Shown one piece after another: positions 43,491 to 54,028 of a stretch of DNA of 64,000 bases. This stretch comes from an uncultured Fibrobacterota bacterium (GTDB lineage Bacteria; Fibrobacterota; Chitinivibrionia; Chitinivibrionales; FEN-1185): contig CAVWBU010000036.1 of assembly GCA_963753345.1 (NCBI GenBank), positions 1 through 64,000 on the forward strand, read 5' to 3'. Made by a program: the position numbers and the translations under genes. How positions within the stretch are numbered: position 1 is the stretch's first letter; every line of letters begins with the position of its first letter. Under the pieces are notes generated by a model that made no database searches, was not told where the DNA came from, and was given only the letters and a program-made list of their open reading frames with translations.

Positions 43491-43525
43491 CCATGTATTT
43501 TTCTTGTCAGGCATATACAAATCCT

Positions 43526-44275
43526 ATGAAACCCCTGTCCTTCTACAAATCCCTCCGCGACGCCAAGGCTCGCCGCGAGGCGGACATGTTTCTCGTCGAA
43601 GGCGTCCGCGCCGTCACGCAAATCGCAGCGTCGCATCCGGAAAGCATTGTCGAGGTTCTCGTGGAGGAAAAGAAGAAACCGCCCGCCGGCCTCAAGTATC
43701 CGGTGCGGTTTATCTCCCCGTCGCAATTTCGCGCGATATCCACCTCGACGACTCCCTCAGGCCCTCTCGCGGTTGTCAAGATTCCGGAGGGCGCGTACTC
43801 CTCGTCGCTTCCGGCCGACACGGGCGTGCGCGTGCTCGCGCTTGAAGACGTGCAGGACCCCGGCAACGTGGGCGCGCTTGTGCGCAGCGCCGCGGCGTTC
43901 GATTTTTCCGGCGTGGTGCTCAGCGACAAATGCGCCGACCCATTCGGGCCCAAGGCGGTTCAGGCGTCGGCCGGATCGCTGCTGTCGCTGTGGGTGCGCA
44001 GAACCAGGGAGTTCCACGCCGGGCTGCGCGAACTTGCGGGGAGAGGATTCCGCTGCATTGCAGCGGATGTTCGCGGGACCGAGCCCCTGCGCTCCGGAGA
44101 TTCGTCCAGGGTGGTATTGATAATGGGGAATGAGGGAAGCGGCGTTTCCGCCGAAGGCCTTGCGTGCAGTCACAGCGTAATGCGAATCCCCATAAACACG
44201 GCAAAGGCCGAGTCGCTCAACGTCGCGGCGAGCGGAGCGGTGTGCATGTACGCGCTGGCCGGTCTTCGGGGGTGA
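43526..44275 (+). CDS. TrmH/SpoU family RNA methyltransferase
   Basis: FLVEG, VQDPGNVGALVRSA, MGNEGSG, ESLNVA. Confidence 0.92.
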   Translation: MKPLSFYKSLRDAKARREADMFLVEGVRAVTQIAASHPESIVEVLVEEKKKPPAGLKYPVRFISPSQFRAISTSTTPSGPLAVVKIPEGAYSSSLPADTGVRVLALEDVQDPGNVGALVRSAAAFDFSGVVLSDKCADPFGPKAVQASAGSLLSLWVRRTREFHAGLRELAGRGFRCIAADVRGTEPLRSGDSSRVVLIMGNEGSGVSAEGLACSHSVMRIPINTAKAESLNVAASGAVCMYALAGLRG

Positions 44276-44292
44276 CGCGCAGACCGCGCGGG

Positions 44293-45207
44293 TCAGTCGG
44301 TGCCGCGCTCTCCCTCATCGACCCTGGTTTTCGTCTCACCATACTCGGTTTCCTTGTACGATACCCCCACCGTCGACTTGTATACGTCAACGATCATGTA
44401 CCCCGACCCCGGGTATTTGTCGCCTATCTTCCAGTTCGGCAGGAGGCGCGCGTTGGTGAAAAAGGGGACGCCGTTGCGGTAGCCGGACCATCGGGCGTGA
44501 TAGTGGCCGGAAAAATAGGCGAGAACATTGTGATCGTCAAAGAGCCGGAACAGCTCTATCGAATTGAACACGCCAAAGCGCGGCGACTCGGGATGAAGCG
44601 GATAATGGGAAAACACGATGATCGGCGTTGTTGTCGGGACGAACGCGAGCATCTTTTTGAGCCATAGCTTGGTGGACACCAGGACCTCGACCTGTTTCTT
44701 GTCGTCGTTTGACAAATCGAGAAATATCAGCACCACGTTCTTGTGAACGACAAGGTAGTCTCCTCGATGTTCTCCGAACACCGCGAAATAGTTTTTCTTT
44801 CCCGAGTCGCCCGGCGCCGTGATGTCGCTGTTGCCGATGACGGGGTAGTACGGCTTGCCTATTTTGTCAAGGTGTTCCTTGAGCAATTTCATCTTGTCGA
44901 TGTTGCCGTGGTTCGTAAGGTCTCCCGCCACCACCGCGAAATCCCATTGCTGTACTTCGGTTTTCCATTCGTTGATGATCTTCGCGAGCATAACGGCGTC
45001 TTTCTCGCCCCGGAAATGGATATCGTTGGCGAAAATAAAGCGGAACCGCCGCTGGGACCGCTGCGCCGGAGATTCCGGAGGATTGCAGGATTGCACGAGA
45101 AGCAAACCGAGGATACATGCCATGCCGAAACCAAGGCAACGTCCCCGCATCAAGCCTGCGAACATGTTCTTCCGTTCCATACCATGCGTTTTCCTTCCCG
45201 CCATCAT
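44293..45207 (-). CDS. Calcineurin-like metallophosphoesterase, probably an exported lipoprotein
   Basis: NDIH, GDLT, GNSD, SHYP, SGHYH; start overlaps the upstream stop (ATGA). Confidence 0.82.
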   Translation of the reverse strand: MMAGRKTHGMERKNMFAGLMRGRCLGFGMACILGLLLVQSCNPPESPAQRSQRRFRFIFANDIHFRGEKDAVMLAKIINEWKTEVQQWDFAVVAGDLTNHGNIDKMKLLKEHLDKIGKPYYPVIGNSDITAPGDSGKKNYFAVFGEHRGDYLVVHKNVVLIFLDLSNDDKKQVEVLVSTKLWLKKMLAFVPTTTPIIVFSHYPLHPESPRFGVFNSIELFRLFDDHNVLAYFSGHYHARWSGYRNGVPFFTNARLLPNWKIGDKYPGSGYMIVDVYKSTVGVSYKETEYGETKTRVDEGERGTD

Positions 45208-46937
45208 TCGTTCTGAAACTGCTGCTTTACTTTCGCGTACAGTTCCGAACGCAGGTACGTGCCTCCCCGGAAAGGCAGAGGCCCGTCTGCGAGGGGAACG
45301 TTGAGCAGATTCGTGCCCTTTGTGTGAAGCTGGTACGGAATGCCGCTGGCGGCAAGCACCGTGGGGGCGACATCGATAAATGAAGCGGCGCATTTGGTTT
45401 CATAGTGCACGCGGGAATCCGGGGTGATGATGAACATGGGCACGAATTCGAAGAGCTTCCCCTCGGCCGTGTAGGACGCTTTCTTGAACTCGCGGAACGT
45501 CCCGATGGGGGTGTGGTCCCCGTAAATGAATATGTAACAGTTCGGCCGCGCCTTCCGGATAAAGGTGACGAACTTTTCCAATTCCCTGTCCACGTACGCC
45601 ATTGATTTTAGGTAGGCCATCGCGTGCTTGTCGGACATCGAGTTGAAGCGATTGTCCTTGTAGTAGGGGTTTACAAGCGTGAAAGGCTCGTGGCTGCTCA
45701 TGGTGATTACATGGTACAGAAAAGGGTCGTGCTGCGTGCCGAGCTGGCCTAGAGCGAAATTAAAAACGTCGCCGTCCGGTGCGCCCCAGCTTATTTCCTT
45801 GAGTCCCATGCGGGTAAGATCCCAGAACGTCTGAACACCTATCTTTCCGTACGTTTCATCCCTGTTATCGAAATGGCCCTGGTTGCCGTGAAAGGCGACA
45901 ATGCTGTAATCGTATTTGGCGAGCCGCTTGTACATGGAATTGAGATACCGGTAATTCACCAACCGCATCGTCGGAAAATCTCCGAGAGGTTCAATGCTGT
46001 TGATAACCGAGAACTCGCAGTCGGTGGTGAGGCCCGCCTCATGGTAGCTGAACGCATACGGGAAGTAGATGCTTTTGGTGGTGAGATTGTGAAGAAAGGG
46101 CGCCGCATGAGCGCCGTGATATACGCGGTGAATGGCATATGCGCCCATCGATTCCAGCTGGATCAGCACGAAATCCGGACGCGGCCCCTCGGTTCCCGGA
46201 GAGGACACGGTCGGCCCGGCCCGCAGGCTTAACGTCTGCGCTTTTGTTCTCCCGTAATGAATCATATCCATGATATTGAATGCAAGCAGTCCGTATTTCT
46301 TGACCATGGCGGCGTCGGAGTACTGGGAATTGTCCGGGGCCAGCGTCGGGGAACGTGACAGCGGGTTCCACAGAAAGAGCGCCGCGACCATGATCAGTGC
46401 GGCGAGCACCAGCGTCGGCTTGAAAAACATGCGCTTGTTTGCATTGGAGAACTTCGAATAGACAACAACCATTGCGATGAAGAAAGGCAGGTCGACGGCA
46501 AGGATCCACAGGCGTGTGTCAAGAGGGATATTCGTGTATTTCACGAGGTCGATGGCCTCCGACTGAAGTCCTACGAATTGGCTGAACCTCAGAAAGTCGC
46601 CGAGGCTGAGATGATAAATGAGATTGAGAGCCATGTAGAAGGTCTGAACAAGATAGAACCCGGCAAACCAGTACCACCGCCGCGGCCTTGTGAGGAGGAC
46701 CAAGACGAAAGTGAGGGGAAGAATGTCCCTGACAAAATAGAAAACCAGGGTCTGCCAGTCGGATGTTTTGCCGGTGTCGAGGAGAAGGCAGGAAAAGCAT
46801 GCGGTCTTGAGCGCGTTGGCGAAAACAAAGAGGACGAAAACAAGGACTGCGACCCCCGTTGGAGATCGCGCAACTGTCTGAAGACGGCCGATGAAAGATT
46901 GCATTGCGGTTTTGCTGATGAAGCGGTTGTGGTTCAA
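45204..46937 (-). CDS. LTA synthase/sulfatase family membrane protein
   Basis: About 5 N-terminal TM helices, QLES, TTDCEF, FHGN, TMSSHEPF, YGDH. Confidence 0.88.
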   Translation of the reverse strand: MNHNRFISKTAMQSFIGRLQTVARSPTGVAVLVFVLFVFANALKTACFSCLLLDTGKTSDWQTLVFYFVRDILPLTFVLVLLTRPRRWYWFAGFYLVQTFYMALNLIYHLSLGDFLRFSQFVGLQSEAIDLVKYTNIPLDTRLWILAVDLPFFIAMVVVYSKFSNANKRMFFKPTLVLAALIMVAALFLWNPLSRSPTLAPDNSQYSDAAMVKKYGLLAFNIMDMIHYGRTKAQTLSLRAGPTVSSPGTEGPRPDFVLIQLESMGAYAIHRVYHGAHAAPFLHNLTTKSIYFPYAFSYHEAGLTTDCEFSVINSIEPLGDFPTMRLVNYRYLNSMYKRLAKYDYSIVAFHGNQGHFDNRDETYGKIGVQTFWDLTRMGLKEISWGAPDGDVFNFALGQLGTQHDPFLYHVITMSSHEPFTLVNPYYKDNRFNSMSDKHAMAYLKSMAYVDRELEKFVTFIRKARPNCYIFIYGDHTPIGTFREFKKASYTAEGKLFEFVPMFIITPDSRVHYETKCAASFIDVAPTVLAASGIPYQLHTKGTNLLNVPLADGPLPFRGGTYLRSELYAKVKQQFQNE

Positions 46938-47274
46938 GAATCCTCCAGCCAGTCCCGATGTTTAAAAATAATTCTACCCGTTCGTTTGGCCAAAATGCGA
47001 TTCGGTCCGCACAAGAATATTCGCCTTCTCCTCCTGGTGATCTTCCGCTGATGCTAAGCCACGAACCGGACGGTTTTGCCCCGTTTGCATTCAGTGGTTA
47101 TTTATTTTGTGGTATGCACCGTCTTTCATTAATTCCCGGCCCCCATGGATCGTGGCTCCTGCTTCCGGGAGCGGGCAAAGGTCGGAGAAACGACTGCTGT
47201 GATTATATCATTTTAGGCCGCAAAAAGTCCATCACCCTGGAGTCGAATACGAGAAACTTGACAGAGGGACAATC

Positions 47275-48756
47275 ATGATCCGGGAATTTCGTGAACGTCT
47301 GAGATCGGACTGGCCGGTTGTCGGTGTGACTGCTGCGATTCTGCTTCTCCTTCTCCTTCTTCCCCTTTTCTTTGGGGGACTGAGGGAAGATGGATACTGC
47401 ACGTACAGGATAATGTGGCTCAATTACCTCGGGCACCGGTTCAAGCTGCCCCTGGAAACCCCCAAGCCGCTGTACGCTCTGTTGTGCGGCGTCGTGGGCC
47501 ATGGCGCGCTGTATCCCGTGACGTGCACGCTGTGCGCCGGCATATGCGCGCTGCTGATGAAAATGGCGCAAAGGCTCGGGGCGAGCGCATGGCAGGGACT
47601 TGTCGCGTTCTGCCTGTTCCTTGTCGGCAACGCCATGGTCCTGCCGGAGTTTGTGATGGCGTCATACTACACGATACCCTATTTATTCCTCACGCTGGCG
47701 GCGGTATATGCTTTTGTAAGTAAACGCCCCCTCCCGGCGATGTTCTTTCTGCTGGGCGCGGGACTCCTCAGGCCCGAGGCGTGGCTGTTTGCGCCGGTGT
47801 TTATCCTTGCATCGGTATTCAGGAAAGAACGGGGGTTTTCCTGGTGGCTTCTGGCCTCTTTGACCGCCCCCCTCATATGGGTTCTGTTCGACGAAAGAAT
47901 ATCCGGAAGCCCCACTTACTCCCAGGATCTCACGGACTACTATGTGAAAACCCTGGGAATCATGCCTGTTTCGTTCGGCCAATTCTGGGGAGAGGCGGCC
48001 CGCGCCACGGCATCGACCTTTTTCCCGCCGACGCATCTGTTCGGGCTCGCGGCGCTGGTCTATGTGGCGGCCAGGACGCGGAGGCACGAGCACCTTGTGA
48101 TGGCAATCCTCGCGGTGGTGCCGTTTATGTTTCTCTGGCTCCTTTCCGCCGGTCATCCCGTGCTGGTTCAGACCAGATTTTTTGCTTTCCCGATGCTCGT
48201 ATGCTGTTTCTACGCAGCGCTTGTCATGAGGGAATTCTCAAAGAACAGGTGGATTCTTGTTCTGCTCTCCGCGGCACTCCTCTGCGGTTCGTTTCAATTC
48301 GGCATGCTGTCCGACACGGCGCGGCGGATACGGAATGACGGTGCGATAGAAGAGGCGCGAAAAGACCTTGTGGAATCCGTTAGAACCATGGAGAGCAATG
48401 CCGACGTTATCCTGTGCGGCCGCTCGGCCAGCTATTTTGCCTATCACCTCGGGGAGAGAGCGTCGCGCAAGCTGTTCATGTTCAGGGAGGCGGAAGCAAG
48501 AACGGATTTTGAAAAGAACTTTTCAAACGGGGTGGCTGTTTACATTCAGGACGATATGGCGGGCCTGGACAATGCCTTCAAGTTTCTTTCCGCACCGCGA
48601 ATATACGAGGTGAACGGCTACCGTTTCTCGCCAGTGAAGGTGACGACGCGCGGCAACGGGATCGTGTATGCCGTTGAGAGGCTGCCCCGGCGGCTCATCC
48701 CGCCGCAGGGCCTTGGCGCGGCGCCCCCGGCCGACAAAGCAGGCGGCAACCGGTGA
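47275..48756 (+). CDS. Polytopic membrane protein, GT-C glycosyltransferase-like
   Basis: More than 10 TM helices, PKPLY, AGLLRPEAWLF, soluble C-terminus. Confidence 0.6.
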   Translation: MIREFRERLRSDWPVVGVTAAILLLLLLLPLFFGGLREDGYCTYRIMWLNYLGHRFKLPLETPKPLYALLCGVVGHGALYPVTCTLCAGICALLMKMAQRLGASAWQGLVAFCLFLVGNAMVLPEFVMASYYTIPYLFLTLAAVYAFVSKRPLPAMFFLLGAGLLRPEAWLFAPVFILASVFRKERGFSWWLLASLTAPLIWVLFDERISGSPTYSQDLTDYYVKTLGIMPVSFGQFWGEAARATASTFFPPTHLFGLAALVYVAARTRRHEHLVMAILAVVPFMFLWLLSAGHPVLVQTRFFAFPMLVCCFYAALVMREFSKNRWILVLLSAALLCGSFQFGMLSDTARRIRNDGAIEEARKDLVESVRTMESNADVILCGRSASYFAYHLGERASRKLFMFREAEARTDFEKNFSNGVAVYIQDDMAGLDNAFKFLSAPRIYEVNGYRFSPVKVTTRGNGIVYAVERLPRRLIPPQGLGAAPPADKAGGNR

Positions 48757-48914
48757 AGCTCCCCGAGCTGCCGCAAGGAGTTTTCCAGCAGAAAACGTTT
48801 TCTTGCGGACAGCCTTGCCAAGGTGCCTCTTTTGTCTTATATTGTAGAGTGATCATTGGAGATTTGATCGGTGCCGGGACAGGTGCGCAAAAACAACCTT
48901 TTTTAGGGGGTATC

Positions 48915-50705
48915 ATGAAAAGACAGTTGTTCATTGGTGCAACGGCATTGATGGCGTTCCTTATTGTTGAGGCCAATGCAGGTTTGGTGGCGTACTGGGA
49001 TTTCAACGAGGGGAGCGGAGCCTTATTGCATGATAAAAGCGGACATGGCAACGATGGGACAATTTACGGCGCATCGTGGGCCTCGGGATTGACAGGCTCG
49101 TCACTCTATTTCAACGGAACAACCAACTACGTCGTACTGCCTAATCCGCTCCCCTTCGAGCTCCCGCGTTTTACCATCGCATGCTGGATAAAGCCGCAAG
49201 ACCCATATGTCGCGCAGTCAAGGGCCTTCTTCAGTAACTTGGAGGCGGTGTCCGGCGTGTCCAATGGCGTTTGCATTGAGCTCGATATCAGACATTATCT
49301 TCACTTCGTCGTTGCCAGGGCCGATAACCAGGATTACTGGTTGGAAATTAATGCAACAGTTAGCATCTCCGATAGTTCCTACCATTTTGCCGCCTGTAGC
49401 TATGACGGGGCGAGTCTCAAACTGTTTTTCGACGGCGTATTTGTTGCACAGGCACCATACAGCGGCGGCATCAGGTATAGCAATGTGATGCCCTATATCG
49501 GCGCTTCACCAAATGATATAAACCATCTAGGCTATTATAAGGGAAATATCGACGAAATGCGAGTGTATGACCAAGCGCTTTCCCTTTCGGAGTTGCTTGC
49601 TCTCTACAACAACAGGGGGCAAAGCGCCCTGGCGGAGTTCCTTATTCCGGTCCCGTCGCCCACCTATGACCGCCGTCCGGTCTTTTTCTGGCATCCCGTG
49701 AAAGGCGCAGGCGGATACAACATCCAGATTGACACCACCAGAAACTTCACCAATCCAATTATAAGCGTGGCTACAGCGGACACCTCTTTCAGGCCGGGTG
49801 CGGACCTTCCTATTGACACCATTTTTTGGCGGGTCATGGCAGGCGTCAATGACACACTCACCTATTTCTCGGACATCGGCTCCTTCCTCATACAGAATCC
49901 GAAGGTGCCGCTTCTCATCCCGTACGAGCCCAAGGTAACCCTGGAGCGGAAGCCCCTCTTACGGTGGCATCCGGTTGCGGGGGCTTCTTCGTACACGCTC
50001 GAGATCGGCAATGATGTCGCCTTTATCAATAATTCTTACATCATTCCTCTCAGCGACACTCAGTATTCGCCAACGGTCAACCTTCCCTTTGGCGAAACGT
50101 ACTGGCGTGTGCAATCAAGTCTTGCGCCTGCGTGGTCTGCCTTCGACATGTTCCAGATCGTTCCGGATTCGATACCCTTCCTGATCCGCTACAACGGGGC
50201 CGTGGTTTCGGCAGCGAAACCGTTGTTCGCGTGGCACCCGGTGGTCGGCGCCGCTTCATATACGGTTGAATTCGCCGGCAACGCTTCGTTTACAGGAGGA
50301 TATGTCGTGCCTCTCACTGACACGTCTTTCGCGCCTTTGGTTGCTCTATCGAATGGCACGTGGTTTTGGAGGGTAAGCTCAAGCAGGAACCCTGCGTTGT
50401 TTTGCGCCCCGGACAGCCTTGTGATCGCATCGGTGCTGGCGAGGACCGAACGCAGATCAGCGGCCGTACCGTTTGCCGTGCGGTCCTTTAAAAGCCGTTT
50501 CGAGATAACGGCCGACTTCTCCACAAATGCGAACGTGAAAATCACTCTGTTTACGGCGGGTGGAAAGAAGGTTCTGGAGCGTTGCGTGACCGCCTGCGGT
50601 ACAACGGTTTCAATCGACGCAGTAGAAGTCCCGACCGGCATTTACCTGATGGAATTAGTGGCAGGGGAGAAGTGCATCAGGCAGAAGGTGATGGTGGCAC
50701 GGTAG
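48915..50705 (+). CDS. Secreted LamG-domain protein with three Ig/FN3-like repeats and T9SS-like tail
   Basis: LVAYWDFNEGSG..DKSG, GNIDEMRVYDQAL; three P.(F/L).WHPV.GA..Y repeats; LFTAGGK..TGIY. Confidence 0.85.
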   Translation: MKRQLFIGATALMAFLIVEANAGLVAYWDFNEGSGALLHDKSGHGNDGTIYGASWASGLTGSSLYFNGTTNYVVLPNPLPFELPRFTIACWIKPQDPYVAQSRAFFSNLEAVSGVSNGVCIELDIRHYLHFVVARADNQDYWLEINATVSISDSSYHFAACSYDGASLKLFFDGVFVAQAPYSGGIRYSNVMPYIGASPNDINHLGYYKGNIDEMRVYDQALSLSELLALYNNRGQSALAEFLIPVPSPTYDRRPVFFWHPVKGAGGYNIQIDTTRNFTNPIISVATADTSFRPGADLPIDTIFWRVMAGVNDTLTYFSDIGSFLIQNPKVPLLIPYEPKVTLERKPLLRWHPVAGASSYTLEIGNDVAFINNSYIIPLSDTQYSPTVNLPFGETYWRVQSSLAPAWSAFDMFQIVPDSIPFLIRYNGAVVSAAKPLFAWHPVVGAASYTVEFAGNASFTGGYVVPLTDTSFAPLVALSNGTWFWRVSSSRNPALFCAPDSLVIASVLARTERRSAAVPFAVRSFKSRFEITADFSTNANVKITLFTAGGKKVLERCVTACGTTVSIDAVEVPTGIYLMELVAGEKCIRQKVMVAR

Positions 50706-51155
50706 GCCGCGGCGTTTGAGTACGACTGGGGACTGCTCGATTGCCCCTCTTGCCGGAGAGTGCCGAACTCCGATCGTGTGCCACGTTCCGGGCGATCCGT
50801 ATCCCGCCGAAGATGGATCAATAGAAAATGCTTGGAGAATGGGACTTTCGCAACGGTATTGATTCTCTTTTGCAAGTCACTTTCTGCGCCGCAGTTGCCG
50901 TATTCCAACGGCGCTTTGGCTTTTTCTGCCGATTCGTGCACCCGGGAATCCGCAAACCAAAACGTAACTTCCACACACCAAAACGTCACAGAGAGGGACG
51001 ACGGGTGATAGGTCGTCTGTTTTCACATGGCCAATCGAACATTCTCCCTCTGGCATAGGCTTTGCGGTTACAAGGACATTCATGACCCGTGCATGGAACA
51101 CGGAAACGGTCTATTTGCAAATTCACCAAATCCCTTTCTTCACGGAGGAACTGCT

Positions 51156-51869
51156 ATGCGCAAGCGAATGGCTGGTTTATTCGTCTGTCTGATCGTCTGC
51201 TTTGTTGTGGCGCAGGATCAAGATTCTCCGCGTTTCGGCATTAATGTGACGACCAACACCTTGTCACTGAGTAATACCGACTATGGAGCAAAGGGATTGC
51301 GGAACACCGGAATGCTCGGCGGAAGATACTTTGTCATTCCGTCACTTGCCGTCGACGCCGCCGTCGGATTCGGTTTCAGCACCTCGACCAACGCCGATAC
51401 CGCGGCGCTCACACCCAAAGACCCCGGCATTACGGAAGTGAGCGGGCAGGTGGGCGTGTTGTGGAAGTTGACACCTGGATCCTGGAAATCATATCTGGGG
51501 GTGGTCGTCGACGGCGGCGTTGCCTACCAAAAATGGTATGATGCCATAACACTCAAAGATACGACGAGAGTAATGCCCGCCCCTCCGGCAAAGAATTATG
51601 TGTCCTATACTCTGGTCGAACCCTATTCCGTTGTCATCCCGTTTATTTTTGCAGGCATCGAGCCGGGATTCGCATTCGACAATCATTTCTCGCTTTTCGC
51701 AAGTTTCGGCATAAACGCGATTTTCTACCCCGATTCCAAGGCAATCGATCAACGTTCGGTCAGTACGAATACCACCTATATAACCTCGCTTCCCCTTATC
51801 GAACGTAAAGACGCCAGTATCGAACTGTCGGTCTCCTCGGTCGGCCTCGGGGTCCGCTTTCTTTTTTAG
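51156..51869 (+). CDS. Outer-membrane beta-barrel protein
   Basis: RBS GGAGG, signal peptide, alternating strands, terminal GLGVRFLF. Confidence 0.75.
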   Translation: MRKRMAGLFVCLIVCFVVAQDQDSPRFGINVTTNTLSLSNTDYGAKGLRNTGMLGGRYFVIPSLAVDAAVGFGFSTSTNADTAALTPKDPGITEVSGQVGVLWKLTPGSWKSYLGVVVDGGVAYQKWYDAITLKDTTRVMPAPPAKNYVSYTLVEPYSVVIPFIFAGIEPGFAFDNHFSLFASFGINAIFYPDSKAIDQRSVSTNTTYITSLPLIERKDASIELSVSSVGLGVRFLF

Positions 51870-51883
51870 CCGCCGTTATAACC

Positions 51884-51910
51884 GCCCTTTCCGGCATTGC
51901 CGGAAAGGGC
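51884..51910. terminator. Hairpin between convergent genes
   Basis: GCCCTTTCCGGCA-T-TGCCGGAAAGGGC. Confidence 0.7.
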
Positions 51911-51940
51911 CCCGATATTCCGTGCCGGCTGATAGTTCCC

Positions 51941-53098
51941 TTACCCTTCCAGCGTTATCCTCGCCCTTCCCTCGCGCTTTGACCGGTAGAGCGCCTCGTC
52001 GGTCCGCTTCACGATGCTCTTTTCGTCTTCGCCCGCCATTGCCTCCGCGATGCCGATGGAAAGGCTCACCCTTCCGAATTTGAACGCGCCGAACTGCTTG
52101 GAGATACGCTCCGCCGCGACTTTTGCCTGGTTCTTGTCGGTGTCGGGAAGAATGACGGCGAACTCGTCGCCGCCGTAACGGAAGCCGGCGTCGACGTCTT
52201 TACGGATGCATACCTTGATTACCTGGCCGAGCGACCTGAGCACCTGGTCTCCCACCTGGTGGCCTTCGGTGTCGTTGAGCTCTTTGAAGTGATCGATGTC
52301 GATGAGCATGATCGACAGCTTGCGCTGCGGGTTGCGCTTGAGCCGGGAGAGCTCGCGCACGATCTGGTCGTAGAAATGCCGCACGTTGAACAGTTCGGTG
52401 AGGCTGTCGGTGATGGCAAGCTTCGACAGCAGCTCGTTCTTCTTGACAAGCTCGTTTTCGAGCTTCTTCTTCTCCGTGATGTCCTTGGCCGTCACCACGA
52501 GGCCGATGATCTGCTCGGCGTCGTTTTTCATCTCAGAAATGCTCAGGTTGAGAAGGATGATTTCACCCTGTTTGGTTTTCATGGGGATTTCTTCGTTCAC
52601 CGATTTTCCGGAAAGAATGACCGCATTGAGGATCTTGCGCTCGTCGGCTTCATTGACAAAAAGTTGCTTGAGCGGCACGCCTACGATCTCCTCCTGAATG
52701 TAGCCGAAGTGCATTTCCGAGCCTTTGTTGAATTTGAGGATGAAGGCGTCGACGTCGGTGGTGAAGATGATGTCGGTCGAATCGTCCAGGATGCTCTGGA
52801 GATAGTTCGATTTCGCAAGGGTCCTTCGCATCGTAAGCTGGGTCTTCTCCATTCTCTTGACAAATTCCCTGATGTACTTGAAGAAGCCGAAGAGGAGGCC
52901 GCCAAGGAGTGAGGCGGCGAGCAACGAAACGAATGCGGCCCAGATCCATTGCGGGGACTTAAACAGCCCCAGAAACACCGCGAATACGAGAATCACCGCA
53001 AAGCACAATGCTCCCGCAGCGACAATCGTTTTTTGCGGTATACCGCTGTAGTTGTTGTAATTTGGAAGAAACGGCTTTATCAGGTTCACGTTGTTCAT
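51941..53098 (-). CDS. Membrane-anchored PAS-GGDEF diguanylate cyclase
   Basis: 2 TM helices, PAS/PAC (DITEKK), TDSLT, DIDHFKELND, RYGGDEF with RKDVD I-site-like motif. Confidence 0.92.
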   Translation of the reverse strand: MNNVNLIKPFLPNYNNYSGIPQKTIVAAGALCFAVILVFAVFLGLFKSPQWIWAAFVSLLAASLLGGLLFGFFKYIREFVKRMEKTQLTMRRTLAKSNYLQSILDDSTDIIFTTDVDAFILKFNKGSEMHFGYIQEEIVGVPLKQLFVNEADERKILNAVILSGKSVNEEIPMKTKQGEIILLNLSISEMKNDAEQIIGLVVTAKDITEKKKLENELVKKNELLSKLAITDSLTELFNVRHFYDQIVRELSRLKRNPQRKLSIMLIDIDHFKELNDTEGHQVGDQVLRSLGQVIKVCIRKDVDAGFRYGGDEFAVILPDTDKNQAKVAAERISKQFGAFKFGRVSLSIGIAEAMAGEDEKSIVKRTDEALYRSKREGRARITLEG

Positions 53099-53345
53099 TC
53101 ACCTGATGAAATGTATCGTGAAGCGCAACCGCACTTTACAGCTTGCGCATCAACCGTTGAAAAAGGAATCATCTCATCTTATTCTACACTAATTTGTTAA
53201 ATAATAGAAGCAAAAAATGAGACGCTTGGTTTTTCGGTTTGTTTAAGCGCTTATTGATGATTACGAACCATGCTCTTTTTTCTTGTACGAAATGGACAAG
53301 CATATAGTATTTATGTCCAGGTTTGAGCAACAAGTAAGGTAAATC

Positions 53346-53726
53346 ATGCTCGGCAGAATAGACAAGACAAAAGGTCAGATGGAGGCCGAAATAAGCGACG
53401 CCGTCACCCGGTTCGAAAAAGAATTCATGGGACGGGGCCCGCTGGAGACGAGGACCTACATCATAGACGACATGGTGATCGTCCGGCTCAAGGGCGTGCT
53501 TACCAGAGCGGAATACCGCCTTGTGAAGTCGGAGCGCAACTCCAAGGCCCGCGACCTTGTCAAGCAGGTGCGCATTGAGCTGCTCGAAAACGGCAGGCCG
53601 CTGCTCGAGGACATCATCAGGGACGTGCTCAAGCGCAAGGTCAAGAGCATGCACACCGATATCAGTACCATGAGCGGGGAGCGGATCATTATCTTCACCC
53701 TCGACAGGGCCGCTCTGGAAGACTGA
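53346..53726 (+). CDS. DUF2294 / MpsC-family protein
   Basis: KTKGQMEAEIS..FEKEFMGRGP..LTRAE..HTDISTMSGERIIIFTL. Confidence 0.88.
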   Translation: MLGRIDKTKGQMEAEISDAVTRFEKEFMGRGPLETRTYIIDDMVIVRLKGVLTRAEYRLVKSERNSKARDLVKQVRIELLENGRPLLEDIIRDVLKRKVKSMHTDISTMSGERIIIFTLDRAALED

Positions 53727-53833
53727 TTCCGCATATCGCAGAGTTTTCTTTGTCGCGCCCGGCAACCGTGAGTGTGACATTTTTCACCGGCGTGCAATTG
53801 CGTCTAAGTTTTTTCTTGCCGTTTTCCCGGGGC

Positions 53834-53842
53834 TGTTATAAT
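53834..53842 (+). promoter_or_regulatory. Extended -10 promoter for the pckG leader
   Basis: TGTTATAAT with TTGCCG upstream. Confidence 0.6.
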
Positions 53843-53849
53843 TTTTTAG

Positions 53850-54028
53850 TGCCGTACGGAAGCCGCGTGCAGGCGACCTGCTTGGTCGCGGGCGCTTGCG
53901 GATGCCGGAACGGACGCGGCCGGTTTGCAACCGGCCCGGTATCAAGCCCGGTTGACTCTTGCTCAAGGGGCAGTCCGGGGGTGAGGGCCAAGGAAATGCC
54001 GAAGGGTATTTCTCTGGTCTTTTTTTTT
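53850..54028 (+). promoter_or_regulatory. Candidate riboswitch or attenuator with intrinsic terminator
   Basis: Hairpins GGCCGGTT-TGC-AACCGGCC and CCCGG..CCGGG. GGTGAGGGCC overlaps the terminator GGCCAAGGAAATGCC-GAAG-GGTATTTCTCTGGTC-T9, about 100 nt before the pckG ATG. Confidence 0.65.
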
